Translations under genes and position numbers: made by a program | Assembly (NCBI GenBank): GCA_965204455.1 | Contig: CBDBEO010000001.1 | Span: 390,135 to 454,134 of the forward strand | From: an uncultured Candidatus Binatia bacterium | Lineage (GTDB): Bacteria; Desulfobacterota; Binatia; Bin18 | DNA: 64,000 nucleotides | Direction: 5' to 3' | The notes under the pieces: model-generated | Database searches by the model: none | What the model was told of the DNA's origin: nothing | What the model saw: the letters and a program-made list of their open reading frames with translations, nothing else | Shown: piece by piece, positions 47,044 to 57,385 of the stretch | Position numbering within the stretch: the first letter of the stretch is position 1 | Layout of the letters: each line of letters opens with the position of its first letter

Positions 47044-48207
47044 TTACGACAGATAGAAAAAGATGGTGGTGAAGACGGCGTCGGCCAGGATGCACAGCAC
47101 AATCGAGGTCACCACCGAAGCCGTGGTATTGGTGCCCACGCCCTCTGCTCCGCCCCGGACATACATGCCGCGATAGCAGGCCACCAGCCCGATCAGGCCG
47201 GCAAAGACGACGCTCTTGACCATGCCGGTCACCAGATCACTCATCAGCAGGGCCTGGCCGGTCTGCTGGATATAGTTGCGGCTGCCCAGGCCGAGCAGTA
47301 GCACGCCGACCCAGTAGCCGCCAAAAATGCCGGCCAGATTCGACAGCACGGTCAGGCACGGCACCGCGCACAGCAGAGCCACGACCCGGGGCAGGAGCAG
47401 AAATCGAGCCGGGCTCAGGGCCATGGTACGCATGGCGTCAATCTCCTCCGACACGACCATGGTGCCCAGCTCGGCGCTGATGGCCGAGCCGCTGCGGCCG
47501 GCCACAATGACGGCGGTGATCAACGGGGCCATCTCCCGCGCCATGGACACGCCGACCAGATTGGCAATATAGATGGCCGCCCCGAACTGGCGCAGCTGGC
47601 TGGCCGCGTTGAGGGCCAGCACCGCTCCGACCAGAAAAGACAGAAAGCTCACAATCGGGATACCCTCAATCCCGATCTTGACGATCTGCTCCCCGGTTCG
47701 GTCCCATTTCACGCCCTTGCCGCGCCACGGGGCAACACACAAGCAGTAGGCCAGCTCACCGATCATATCCAGCAGACGGCGTCCGGTGGTCAGCAGGGCG
47801 AGGGTCTGGTCGCCCAGGTGTTCGACCGAAGACAGTCGGCTGTGTACGACTTGGGGCGGACCGAGCAGGTCGTCCTCAAGACCGCTGAACGCCTGACGCA
47901 GCCCGGCCGACAGGCCCACAAAGCGGACCTCACACCCTTGGGTGTGGCGCTCGGCAGCCAGCTGCAACAGGCCGGCCACCTCGAGGCTGTTGAGCTGTTG
48001 GACGGCGCTGAAATCGAGGACGAGGCGCGCCCCGGCCGGCGCGCGTCTCAAGGCGCGGCGAATCTCTTCGAGCTGGCCCGGCAGGTCGGGTCGGGGGTCT
48101 GGGTCAGACCCGCCCGACTGCGGGTGGGGCGGGTCGATATGGAATTCCACGCTGCTCACGGTCTGGGCCGCCGCCTTTCTGGTGTACGCTGATCGCCATC
48201 CTAGCAT
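47044..48207 (-). CDS. MlaE-family ABC permease with an N-terminal STAS (anti-sigma-factor-antagonist-like, MlaB-like) domain. Start approximate.
   Basis: N-terminus LVLDFSAVQQLNSLEVAGLLQLAAERHTQGCEVRFVGLSAGLRQAF (STAS). The C-terminus is homologous to the MlaE in this window (ISAELGTMVVSEEIDAMRTMALSP...). Confidence 0.75.
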   Translation of the reverse strand: MLGWRSAYTRKAAAQTVSSVEFHIDPPHPQSGGSDPDPRPDLPGQLEEIRRALRRAPAGARLVLDFSAVQQLNSLEVAGLLQLAAERHTQGCEVRFVGLSAGLRQAFSGLEDDLLGPPQVVHSRLSSVEHLGDQTLALLTTGRRLLDMIGELAYCLCVAPWRGKGVKWDRTGEQIVKIGIEGIPIVSFLSFLVGAVLALNAASQLRQFGAAIYIANLVGVSMAREMAPLITAVIVAGRSGSAISAELGTMVVSEEIDAMRTMALSPARFLLLPRVVALLCAVPCLTVLSNLAGIFGGYWVGVLLLGLGSRNYIQQTGQALLMSDLVTGMVKSVVFAGLIGLVACYRGMYVRGGAEGVGTNTTASVVTSIVLCILADAVFTTIFFYLS

Positions 48208-48373
48208 GAGCGTCGTTGTGACTGGTAGTGCGACGCCGTGACCGGCATCGCGCATTGACACGCGAATCGGCCTTGCCTAGACTTCGGGGCGGTGGAGTCC
48301 TGCCCCCGGCTGTCTGGCCGGCGGCAAACCACTGTCTTGGCACAACACCACACTTCGAGGATGGAGCAGGCTC

Positions 48374-50188
48374 ATGTTATGGTGCGACAAGCTCGCCGAG
48401 CGGGTGTCCGGCCCGCAGCTGATTAACGATTCCAAGACGCCCTCGGGCCGGGTGCATGTCGGCGCGCTGCGGGGCGTGCTGATCCACGACGCCGTGTTTC
48501 GGACCCTCAAGGATCGCGGCATTCCCGTCCGCTATACCTTCGGCGTTGACGACTACGACCCGCTCGACGAGCTGCCGGCCGGCCACGCCGAGTTTTTCCG
48601 CCCCTACCTGGGAGCGCCGTTGTGCCAGGTTCCGCCGCCGCCGGGCTCCTCGGCGCCGGATGTGGCCGAGCACTATATTGCGGAGTTTTTTGACATCTTT
48701 CGGGAGTTGGGGGTCGAGGCCGAGACCTACCGGATGCGCGATATCTACCGCTCGGGGCAATTTAACGAGGCCATTGACGCCATCCTGAACAACGCGGCCA
48801 AGGTCCGTGAGGTATACAAGACCGTCAGCAACTCTGAGCGTCCCGACACCTGGTATCCCTTTCAGGTGGTGTGCGAGGCGTGCGGCCGGGTCGGCACGAC
48901 CGAGGTCAGCGACTACGACGGCAGGGAAGTCAGCTACACCTGCCGGCCCGATCTGGTCGACTGGGCGACGGGCTGTGGACACGCCGGCAAGGTTTCGCCG
49001 TTTGACGGTCGGGGCAAGCTGCCCTGGAAGCTGGAATGGACGGCCAAGTGGCAGACCTTTGGCATTACGATTGAGGGCGCGGGCAAGGACCACAACACCA
49101 AGGGCGGCTCACGCGATGTGTCGGCCGCCTGCCTGCGGACCATTTTCGGTCAGTCGGCCCCACTGAATATCCCGTATGAGTTTTTCCTGGTCGGCGGGGC
49201 CAAGATGAGTTCGTCCAAGGGGATTGGCGTGTCGGCGCGGGACATGGCGGATTTCCTGCCGCCCGAAATCCTGCGCTTCGTCATGATCCGCACCCAGCCC
49301 AAACAGCCGGTGAATTTCTCGCCGGACGAGAAGTCGATCATCAAAATCTTCAACGACTTCGACCGCTTTCATACCCGCACCTACCACGATCCCAAGGTCT
49401 CGCCGGACGACAAGCGGGTCTACCAGCTGTCACAAACTGTGTCCTGGGGCGATTTCTACGCCGCCGATTTTCAGCTGGTGGCAACGGTTGCCCAGCTGCC
49501 GCATCTCGATCTGGCCGGCGAGGTCGAAAAGCGCAAAGGCGCGCCGCTGACCCAGACTGAACGCGACCAGCTCGGCCGCCGCGCGCAGGCCGCGCGCTAC
49601 TGGCTGGAGCACTACGCCAGCCCTGAGGAGCGGATCGTGCTGCAAGACGCGCTGCCCGAGCGGGCCGGGGAGTTGACCGCCGGCCAGCGCGCTTTTCTGC
49701 ATCAGCTGGCCGACCGCCTGCCCGGCGTAGCGTGGGAAGACAGCGCCTTGCAGACTGCGGTGTTCGATGTGGCGCGGCTCACGCCGATTGCGCCAGCCCA
49801 AGCCTTCAAGGCGCTCTACCGTGTCCTGCTCGACCGCGACTCAGGCCCCAAGGCCGGCAACCTGCTGGCCTTTCTGGACCGGGACTTCCTGCTCCAGCGT
49901 CTTCGAGAGCTGCCGTATGACCAACAGACGTTCTGGCAGGAAACCGCCATCAGTCGAGAAGATTTCGCTGCCTGGACGGCTGAGCATCGGGGACACATCA
50001 CCCGACTCAGTGCTGAGGCCACACTCGGCCAAGCCCGGCCTGAGGCATTGGTGCGGCTGGGAATCGTTGAGTACACCGTTGCGTTTGATGACAACAAAAC
50101 GCACCTGCGGCGTGTCCTGCTGGGGGAGTTCGCCGAACAGGCAGCTTTTGACGCGGCGGTACGGGACCAAGTCGCCATAAATGAATAG
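48374..50188 (+). CDS. lysK: Class I lysyl-tRNA synthetase (archaeal/LysK type).
   Basis: TPSGRVHVGALRGV (HIGH-type), KMSSSKG (KMSKS), a Zn-binding Cys cluster (CEACG...C), 604 aa. Confidence 0.85.
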   Translation: MLWCDKLAERVSGPQLINDSKTPSGRVHVGALRGVLIHDAVFRTLKDRGIPVRYTFGVDDYDPLDELPAGHAEFFRPYLGAPLCQVPPPPGSSAPDVAEHYIAEFFDIFRELGVEAETYRMRDIYRSGQFNEAIDAILNNAAKVREVYKTVSNSERPDTWYPFQVVCEACGRVGTTEVSDYDGREVSYTCRPDLVDWATGCGHAGKVSPFDGRGKLPWKLEWTAKWQTFGITIEGAGKDHNTKGGSRDVSAACLRTIFGQSAPLNIPYEFFLVGGAKMSSSKGIGVSARDMADFLPPEILRFVMIRTQPKQPVNFSPDEKSIIKIFNDFDRFHTRTYHDPKVSPDDKRVYQLSQTVSWGDFYAADFQLVATVAQLPHLDLAGEVEKRKGAPLTQTERDQLGRRAQAARYWLEHYASPEERIVLQDALPERAGELTAGQRAFLHQLADRLPGVAWEDSALQTAVFDVARLTPIAPAQAFKALYRVLLDRDSGPKAGNLLAFLDRDFLLQRLRELPYDQQTFWQETAISREDFAAWTAEHRGHITRLSAEATLGQARPEALVRLGIVEYTVAFDDNKTHLRRVLLGEFAEQAAFDAAVRDQVAINE

Positions 50189-50191
50189 CCC

Positions 50192-50437
50192 ATGAGCACC
50201 AATACTTCCGATATCTCGGTTGCCGTCATTCACTGGCCTGAAATGGCAAATTCTGTGTTCGTGCCCCACACCGAGGACGAGTATCGCCGCCTCGTCGCCT
50301 TCCTAGATGGCTTGATTGACAAAGTCGGCGAAGAGGAAACTCACCCTCTGGCCTCGTTAATGGAAATTTTGGGCGTTTTGATTGAGCAATATGAAGCGGA
50401 ACACGTTCCTGAACTGAGCGGAGGGGAAGTAATTTAG
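50192..50437 (+). CDS. HigA-like antitoxin N-terminal domain only (81 aa). It lacks the C-terminal HTH, so it is likely a truncated remnant.
   Basis: EDEYRRLVAFLDGLIDKVGEEETHPLASLMEILGVLIEQYEAEH...GGEVI parallels the N-domain of E. coli HigA. A stop falls where the HTH should begin. Confidence 0.45.
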   Translation: MSTNTSDISVAVIHWPEMANSVFVPHTEDEYRRLVAFLDGLIDKVGEEETHPLASLMEILGVLIEQYEAEHVPELSGGEVI

Positions 50438-50473
50438 ATCGTAGCTCTGCGTTGCGCTGACGAAGGAGCAGGC

Positions 50474-50701
50474 TTAGACATCCATCACAGTCGAGGCTTG
50501 CTTCGCCACTTCCGGCAGGTCGATTGGAACGAACATGGAGGCGGGATAGAGGTAGCCGTCGGACTCTGACTTGTCCTCGTCAAGAACCCGGAGCAGGTCG
50601 GGTGCCTCGGCTTCAGCGCCCGACAACACGCGGTAGACTTTACCCACAATCAAACTGGCGGGGTTACTCTCATTGTCTATGCAGATCACAAACTCACTCA
50701 T
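50474..50701 (-). CDS. Small conserved-looking hypothetical protein (75 aa).
   Basis: MSEFVICIDNESNPASLIVGKVYRVL...LLRVLDEDKSESDGYLYPASMFVPIDLPE. Good coding character. No family assigned. Confidence 0.4.
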   Translation of the reverse strand: MSEFVICIDNESNPASLIVGKVYRVLSGAEAEAPDLLRVLDEDKSESDGYLYPASMFVPIDLPEVAKQASTVMDV

Positions 50702-50747
50702 CGGACTGCCTCGGAGCGGAGCAACCCCTGTTCCATGGACGGGCCTG

Positions 50748-53311
50748 CTACGGCGTCCACTCAAAATAGTCGCGCAGGTTGTCTAACTCGCGCTGCTGAC
50801 AGGCGACGGCGATACGCAGCTTCTCCAGGTGCTGCTGAACCATTTTCTCGCCCCCCTTGACCGGATGGGCGGCAAAAAAGGCCGTCACCTCGGCTTCGAG
50901 TGCGGGCGTGACCAGACCCGTAACGCCCTCGCACATGCGGGGGACGGTGCTGGCCGGGTAGTGGCCCAGCATGGCGTCCCAGTTATCTTTCAGGAACTGC
51001 CAGGCGCGCTCGCGCTGCTGGGTGTTGAGCAGCAGCTGGCGCATCAGGAAGGGCGCGTTCTGGGTGCGGACCTCGCCGTTGGTGGTCAGCGCCAGCGTGC
51101 GCTCGAACAATGCGGACGGCTGAAAGGCAGCCAGGGCGAACAGGTAGCGCATCTCCTCCTGGGGGGTCTCGGCCGTTTTGAAGGTGGCGTAGAACTCGTC
51201 ATAGTCGGCCTCGTTGCCGCTGTGGGCCACAATCGAGACCAGGGCCGGAACGAGGTTGGGATCAACCGCAGCGCTATCCGACTTGTAGGCGGCGTAGCGG
51301 GCGCGCGCCTCGGCCTGGGTGGCGCGGTCGTTGCCCAGGGTGCCCAGCGCGCCCAACAGCTCTCCGCGCAGCTGGCCGACCAGGGCATCCTCTCCGTCGG
51401 CCGGCTGCCAGCCCAGACGCTCGATGCTGGGACCGACCAGGCTGTGAACCCGGGCGTGTAGCGCCGGGCGATGGGCCGGGTCGAGCAGACGGTCGAGGTA
51501 GTGCAGTGAGCCGAGAATGGCGCTCCAGACATTGTGCTCGGTTTCGTCCTCGAACAGCAGCAGCAGGTCCATATAGTCGGCCAGGGGGGTGAGACCGGCC
51601 AGGGCTGCGGCCCAGGTGTCGTTGACCAGATTAAAGCGTTCGATCGCCGACAGCTCGGTCTGGAGTGCGCCGGTCAGCCGCTGGAGCAGATCCGGGCTGT
51701 AGCGCACCCGGTAGAAGCCGTGGCCGCCGGCGTTGACCACCACCCAGTCCGGCCGCGTCGGCAGGTCGAGACGAACCTCGTCCTCCTCCAGCAGCACGGT
51801 TCGGGTCAGCTCCTGATCGCCGCTCTTGGCCCGGATGAACACGGGCACCTGCCAGCGCCGGGTGGCGTCGGCCTCCGCCGGCAGATACTGGAAGATGTGC
51901 TGGGACACGACGAGCGTCGTGTCTTCGACGGCGGCCGAAATCAGGGGATGGCCGGGCTGAAACACCCACGAGTCCATCATCGTCCGCACCGGCTGGCGGG
52001 CCGATTCCTCAATCGCGTCCCACAGGTCGGTGGTCTCGGCATTCGCGTAGGCGTGCTTGCCGACATAGCTGCTGATGCCGGCCCGGAAGGTGTCCGGACC
52101 CAGGTACTGTTCCAGCATGCGCAGGACTGCGGCGCCTTTCTCGTAGGTCAGAATGTCGAACATGCCGGCCGCTTCGTCCGGATGGCGAACCGGAAACTCG
52201 ATTGACCGGGTGCTCTGCAAGCCGTCGATCTGTAGCGCGGCGGCGCGCGAGACGGCAAAGCTGGTCCAGCGCTGCCACTCGGGCTTCCAGTCGTCAACGG
52301 CCATCATCTCCATGAAGGTGGCAAACGCCTCGTTGAGCCACAGCCCGTTCCACCACTTCATGGTGACCAGGTCGCCGAACCACATGTGGGCGTTTTCGTG
52401 CGACACCACGTCGGCCACCCGCTCCAGCTCGCTGCGCGCCGCCCGGTTTTCGTCGACCAGCAGCGCGGTTTCACGAAAGGTGATGGCCCCCAGGTTCTCC
52501 ATGGCGCCGAAGGCAAAATCGGGAATGGCGATCAGGTCGAGCTTGTCGCCCGGATAGCTACGGCCGTAGTAGCGGTTGAAAAACGCCAGCGAGGCGGCGC
52601 CGATGGCCTGACCGAATTTCGCCAGGTGGAGCTTGCCCGGCACCGCCCAGACCCGCAGCGGCGTGCCGTCAACGTCGGTCGGCTCGGTCGCCTCGAACTC
52701 GCCGACAATGAAGGCGACCAGGTAGCTCGACATTTTGATCGTATCGGCAAAGACGACCTCTTTCTGCTGGGTGGCGGGCAGCGGCGTCTCGCGCACGATG
52801 GCCGCGTTGGAGATGGCGGTCAGGGCGGCGTCGATCACCAGGGTCACCTGAAAAACCGCCTTGAGCGCCGGCTCGTCCCAGCACGGAAACGCGCGGCGGG
52901 CGTCGGTGGATTCAAACTGGGTCGAGGCCAGGACCTTCTCCTGGCCGTCGGCCGTGGTGTAGGTGCTGCGGTAAAAGCCGTGCAGTTTGTCGTTGAGGAT
53001 ACCGCTGAAGCTGATCCCAGGGTCCAGGCGCCGGGGGCGAGGGGCTGGGGAAAGTGGAAGCTGGCCCGTTCCTGCTCGCTGTCCAGGCTGACCGTGCCGT
53101 CCAGGGTCTGGCCGTCCGGGCCGCTGGCGGATACGCTGTGGATGGTCAGCTCGATGGCGTTCAGCACAATCTCGGTGACCGGCTCGTGGACGGTGATGTC
53201 CACCGTCTCTTCCCCGTCAAAGGTAAACGCGCGCAGGTCAGGGGTGAGGCGGATGGCGTAGCGCTGAGGGCTGACCTGGGTGGGGAGCTGATAGGCCGGC
53301 GTGTGTGTCAT
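50748..53311 (-). pseudogene. pepN: Aminopeptidase N (M1 family) with an apparent 1-nt frameshift near 53020-53030.
   Basis: N-terminal 96 aa are in one frame (MTHTPAYQLPTQVSPQRYAIRL...PLAPGAWTL). The remainder is in another (GISFSGILNDKLHGFYRSTYTTADGQEKV...GAMEN...HENAHMWFGD HExxH...). Inserting one nt in ccctggg joins them. Confidence 0.8.
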
Positions 53312-53511
53312 GAGAGCCTCCGTATCCGGGCGGCGTGTCCTTCCGCCTCGGTTCTGGTCGAGGAGATACCAGAAACCGGGTCTTCTTGGAACCGAGCCGT
53401 CTGAGAATCGGGCCGTCTGAGAATCGGGTCCTCTTGGCAAACCGCCGTCCGAGCGCTATGGACAGTAGGGAGCCCTGGCGGACAGATGTTCTCTGAACGA
53501 CGGAGGGGGAT

Positions 53512-53835
53512 ATGGCCAAGGATTACGACAACGATACCGATCTTGATCGTGACGTAATAACCGAGACCGAGAAAAAGACCAAAAAGCCGCCGCTGTACAA
53601 GGTGCTGCTGCACAACGACGACTACACCACGATGGAGTTCGTCGTGTACATCCTGCAGTCGGTCTTTAACCATGACGCCACCAAAGCCACCCAGGTCATG
53701 CTGCACGTGCATCGAAAAGGCATGGGGGTGGCCGGGGTGTATACCTACGAGGTGGCTGAGACCAAGGTGGACAAGGTCCACTCGCTGGCCAAGAAGTACG
53801 AGTTTCCCCTGAAATGTAGTATGGAAGAAGCCTGA
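53512..53835 (+). CDS. clpS: ATP-dependent Clp protease adaptor ClpS.
   Basis: PPLYKVLLHNDDYTTMEFVVYILQSVF...ATQVMLHVHRKGMGVAGVYTYEVAETK. Confidence 0.95.
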   Translation: MAKDYDNDTDLDRDVITETEKKTKKPPLYKVLLHNDDYTTMEFVVYILQSVFNHDATKATQVMLHVHRKGMGVAGVYTYEVAETKVDKVHSLAKKYEFPLKCSMEEA

Positions 53836-53907
53836 TCCTGCGGCCGCCCACCAGGACGGTCGCAGAGAACACAGCTTCCCGGGCCAGGCCCGCAGAAGGA
53901 GCGGAGA

Positions 53908-56232
53908 ATGCAAATTAGTCGGGAATTTGAGATTGCCCTGACCCTGGCGATCAAGGAAGCCAGACAGCGTCGCCACGAGTTTCTGTGTCTCGAGCACGTG
54001 TTGTACGCCCTGTCGTTTGACGAGGATGTGGCCGAAATCCTGCGCCACTGCGGCGGCGAGGTCGAACAGCTGCAAAAGGATCTGGTGCAGTTCTTTGAGG
54101 AGAACATCGAGGCGCTGTCCGAAGAGAGCGACGTCGACCCCCAGCAGACCTCGGGCTTTCAGCGGGTCTTGCAGCGGGCGGCCATGCACGTCCAGTCCAG
54201 CGGCAAAGACCTGGTTGAGGGGCGCAACTTTCTGGTCGCGCTGTTCCGGGAAGAAAACAGCCACGCCCTGTACTTTCTGCAAAAGCAGGGCATCAGCCGC
54301 CTGGACGTGCTGAACTACATCTCGCACGGCATCTCCAAGGTCCAACCCGAGGACGAGGACGACGAGTCGGCCGCCCAGCCGGAGGCCGAGGGTGTGGACG
54401 ACGAGGACGATCCCCGGCCGGCCAAAGACCCGCTCAAGGCTTTCACCGCCGACCTGGTCCAGCGCGCCAGGGACGGCGAGATTGACCCCCTGATCGGCCG
54501 CGAGGTCGAGGTCGAACGCACCATCCACGTGCTGTGCCGGCGGCGGAAAAACAACCCGGTGTATGTCGGCGATTCCGGGGTGGGAAAAACGGCCATCGCC
54601 GACGGGCTGGCGCTGCAGATCGCCAACGGCGAGGTGCCCGAGGTGCTCAAGGATGCCCGGATCTATTCCCTGGACATGGGCTCGGTTCTGGCCGGCACGA
54701 AGTTCCGCGGCCAGTTCGAGGAGCGGCTCAAGGCCGTGCTGAACGCGCTCCGCAAGGATCCCAACGCCATTCTGTTTATCGACGAGATTCATACCATTGT
54801 CGGCGCCGGGGCGACCAGCGGGGGCTCGATGGACGCCTCGAACATCCTCAAGCCGGCCCTGGCGTCTGGAAAACTGCGCTGCATCGGCGCCACGACCTAC
54901 CACGAGTACCGCAGCTATTTTGAGCGCGACCGCGCCCTGGCCCGGCGTTTCCAGAAGATCGAGATCCACGAACCCAGTATCGAAGACGCGGTCAAGATTC
55001 TGGAGGGCCTGAAATCCTACTACGAAGACCACCACGGCGTGTCCTACACCCCGGACGCGCTCAAGGCCGCAGCCGAGCTGTCGGCCAAATACATCAACGA
55101 CCGTTTCCTGCCCGACAAGGCGATTGATGTCATTGACGAGGTCGGCGCGGCCTTCAAGATCAAACCCAGTACCGACGAGGACAAGGTCATTGGTGAGACG
55201 GATATCGAGGCGGTGGTGGCCAAGATTGCCCGGATTCCGCCCCGCAGCGTGTCGGTCTCCGACAAGGACCGGCTCCACCGGCTCGACGACGATCTCAAGA
55301 AGGTGGTCTTTGGCCAGGATCCGGCCATTGCGGTCATTGTCCGCGCCATCCGGCTGGCCCGGGCCGGTCTGGGCCAGCCGGAAAAGCCGGTCGGCTCGTT
55401 TCTGTTCTCCGGGCCGACCGGGGTGGGCAAAACCGAGGTGGCCAAGCAGCTGGCCCAGACCCTGGGCTTGCAGTTCCTGCGCTTTGACATGAGCGAGTAC
55501 ATGGAGAAGCATACCGTCTCGCGGCTGATCGGCGCCCCGCCGGGCTATGTCGGCTTTGACCAGGGCGGGCTGCTGACCGAGGCGATCACCCGCAACCCCC
55601 ATTCGGTGCTGCTGCTGGACGAGATCGAGAAGGCCCACCCCGACCTGTTCAATATCCTGCTGCAAGTCATGGACCACGCCACGCTGACCGACAACAACGG
55701 CAAAAAAGCCGATTTCCGGCACGTCATCCTGATTATGACCAGCAATGCCGGGGCACGCGAAATGGCGGCCACGGCGATCGGTTTTGGCGAGCAGTCCAAC
55801 GAGGGCAAGGACCAGCAGGCGATTGAAAAGCTGTTCAGCCCCGAGTTCCGCAACCGTCTGGACGGGGTCGTCCACTTCCAGACGCTACCGCCCGCAGCCG
55901 TTGAGCGGGTGGTTGACAAGTTCATGAAAGAGCTGATCGATCAGCTGACCGAGAAGAATGTACGCATTGCGCTGACCGACGATGCCCGCCGCTATCTGGC
56001 CGAAAAAGGCTATGACAAGACCTTTGGCGCCCGGCCCATGGCCCGCCTGATTCAGAGCGAGGTCAAACAGGTCCTGGCCGATGAGATTCTGTTCGGCCAG
56101 CTCCAGAACGGCGGCCGGGTCGAGATCGATCTCGGCGAAGACGGCCTGGTGTTCCGTTACGAGCCGCGGCCGGCTGACGAGACGGCCGAAGCCGCGCCGG
56201 CCGAGTCGGTGCCGGAGACGGTCGGCGACTGA
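53908..56232 (+). CDS. clpA: ATP-dependent Clp protease ATP-binding subunit ClpA.
   Basis: Clp N-domain, two AAA modules ([11 protein letters not shown]; [15 protein letters not shown]), 774 aa. Confidence 0.95.
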   Translation: MQISREFEIALTLAIKEARQRRHEFLCLEHVLYALSFDEDVAEILRHCGGEVEQLQKDLVQFFEENIEALSEESDVDPQQTSGFQRVLQRAAMHVQSSGKDLVEGRNFLVALFREENSHALYFLQKQGISRLDVLNYISHGISKVQPEDEDDESAAQPEAEGVDDEDDPRPAKDPLKAFTADLVQRARDGEIDPLIGREVEVERTIHVLCRRRKNNPVYVGDSGVGKTAIADGLALQIANGEVPEVLKDARIYSLDMGSVLAGTKFRGQFEERLKAVLNALRKDPNAILFIDEIHTIVGAGATSGGSMDASNILKPALASGKLRCIGATTYHEYRSYFERDRALARRFQKIEIHEPSIEDAVKILEGLKSYYEDHHGVSYTPDALKAAAELSAKYINDRFLPDKAIDVIDEVGAAFKIKPSTDEDKVIGETDIEAVVAKIARIPPRSVSVSDKDRLHRLDDDLKKVVFGQDPAIAVIVRAIRLARAGLGQPEKPVGSFLFSGPTGVGKTEVAKQLAQTLGLQFLRFDMSEYMEKHTVSRLIGAPPGYVGFDQGGLLTEAITRNPHSVLLLDEIEKAHPDLFNILLQVMDHATLTDNNGKKADFRHVILIMTSNAGAREMAATAIGFGEQSNEGKDQQAIEKLFSPEFRNRLDGVVHFQTLPPAAVERVVDKFMKELIDQLTEKNVRIALTDDARRYLAEKGYDKTFGARPMARLIQSEVKQVLADEILFGQLQNGGRVEIDLGEDGLVFRYEPRPADETAEAAPAESVPETVGD

Positions 56233-56288
56233 CAGGACCGCAATGTGTCGGGCGAGGCGCCGTTTGGTCCGAGCCGGGAGCCGGAGTC

Positions 56289-56928
56289 GTGCGGGCCTGG
56301 CTGGCGATAGGGGTTGGCCTGGTCGTGGCCAGCCTGGCCGGCGCCGATGAGCTGCCCACGGCCGATCCGGCCGATCCGGCCGAACTGGGCAAGGGCAAGC
56401 TGCTGGTGGCCGCCCGCCAGCTCGCCGATCCCAATTTCGCCCAGTCGGTTGTCCTGCTGCTCGGCTATGGACGGCTGGGAGCACTCGGCGTGATTATCAA
56501 TCGCCCCACTGCGGTCCAACTGTCCGAGGTCGTGCCCGAGTCTCTCCAAGTCACACCCCAGGCTGGAGTGGTATACGGCGGCGGGCCGGTCGCTCACCTC
56601 TGTGATGCTGCTGCTGTTCCGCGCCGAGCAGCCGCCTGACGAGAGCCTGCCCGTTTTTGCCGATGTCTACCTGAGCGGCAGTCCGAGCGTGGTGGAGAAC
56701 GAACTCGCCCGAGGCGGCACGTTTCGGATGTACGCCGGCCATGCCGGCTGGGCTCCGGGCCAGCTGGACGGCGAGGTGGAGCGGGGGGACTGGCACATCG
56801 TTGCGGCCGATATCGACGCCGTGTTTCACCGGCCTGCGGAAGACCTGTGGTCCGAGCTGATTCAGCGCACGACTGGCCGCTGGGTGGACCTGCGGCCGCC
56901 GCGCGCCGCAGACCACGGCCCAGGCTGA
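56289..56928 (+). pseudogene. yqgE: YqgE/AlgH (UPF0301) family gene split into two ORFs by an apparent 1-nt indel near 56585.
   Basis: First ORF ...LLVAARQLADPNFAQSVVLLLGYGRLGALGVIINRP...VVYGGGPV. Second ORF, +1 frame: SLTSVMLLLFRAEQPP...FRMYAGHAGWAPGQLDGEVERGDWHIV. Together they match YqgE end-to-end. Confidence 0.75.
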
Positions 56929-56957
56929 ACCCATACAGACTGGAGAGGAGAGGTGAC

Positions 56958-57365
56958 ATGAATGCCTTGGAAGAAGGCACCGAAATCAGGCTCGATTTCA
57001 AGAAGTTAGGCAGTATCGCGGACAAGGGTCTGGACGTGGTTCCGGTCGTGCTGCAACACGCCCGGACGGGCGACGTGCTGTTTATTGGCTATGCCAACGA
57101 GCTGGCCCTGCGGGAGACGCTGGAGCGCGGTCAGGCCGTCCTGTGGTCAACCTCACGCAACGAGCTGTGGCACAAGGGAGCCACCTCGGGCGACGTGCTC
57201 GACCTGGTCGAGGTGCGTCTCAACTGCGAGCAGAACTCCCTGCTGTACCGCGTGATTCCCCGCCGGGGCGGGGTGTGTCATACCAAAGGCGAAGACGGGC
57301 AGGCCAGACCGCGCTGCTACTACCGACGGATCGCCCGTAGCGGCGACGTGCTCGAATTTGTCTGA
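56958..57365 (+). CDS. hisI: Phosphoribosyl-AMP cyclohydrolase.
   Basis: GDVLFIGYANELALRETLERGQAVLWSTSRNELWHKGATSGD...RLNCEQNSLLYRV...GVCHTKGE. Confidence 0.9.
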   Translation: MNALEEGTEIRLDFKKLGSIADKGLDVVPVVLQHARTGDVLFIGYANELALRETLERGQAVLWSTSRNELWHKGATSGDVLDLVEVRLNCEQNSLLYRVIPRRGGVCHTKGEDGQARPRCYYRRIARSGDVLEFV

Positions 57366-57385
57366 ACCGGGCAGGAGACACACGT

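Noticed and set aside
53308-55875. 855-aa minus-strand ORF opposite clpA
   Set aside because: Antisense to ClpA. No recognisable motifs.
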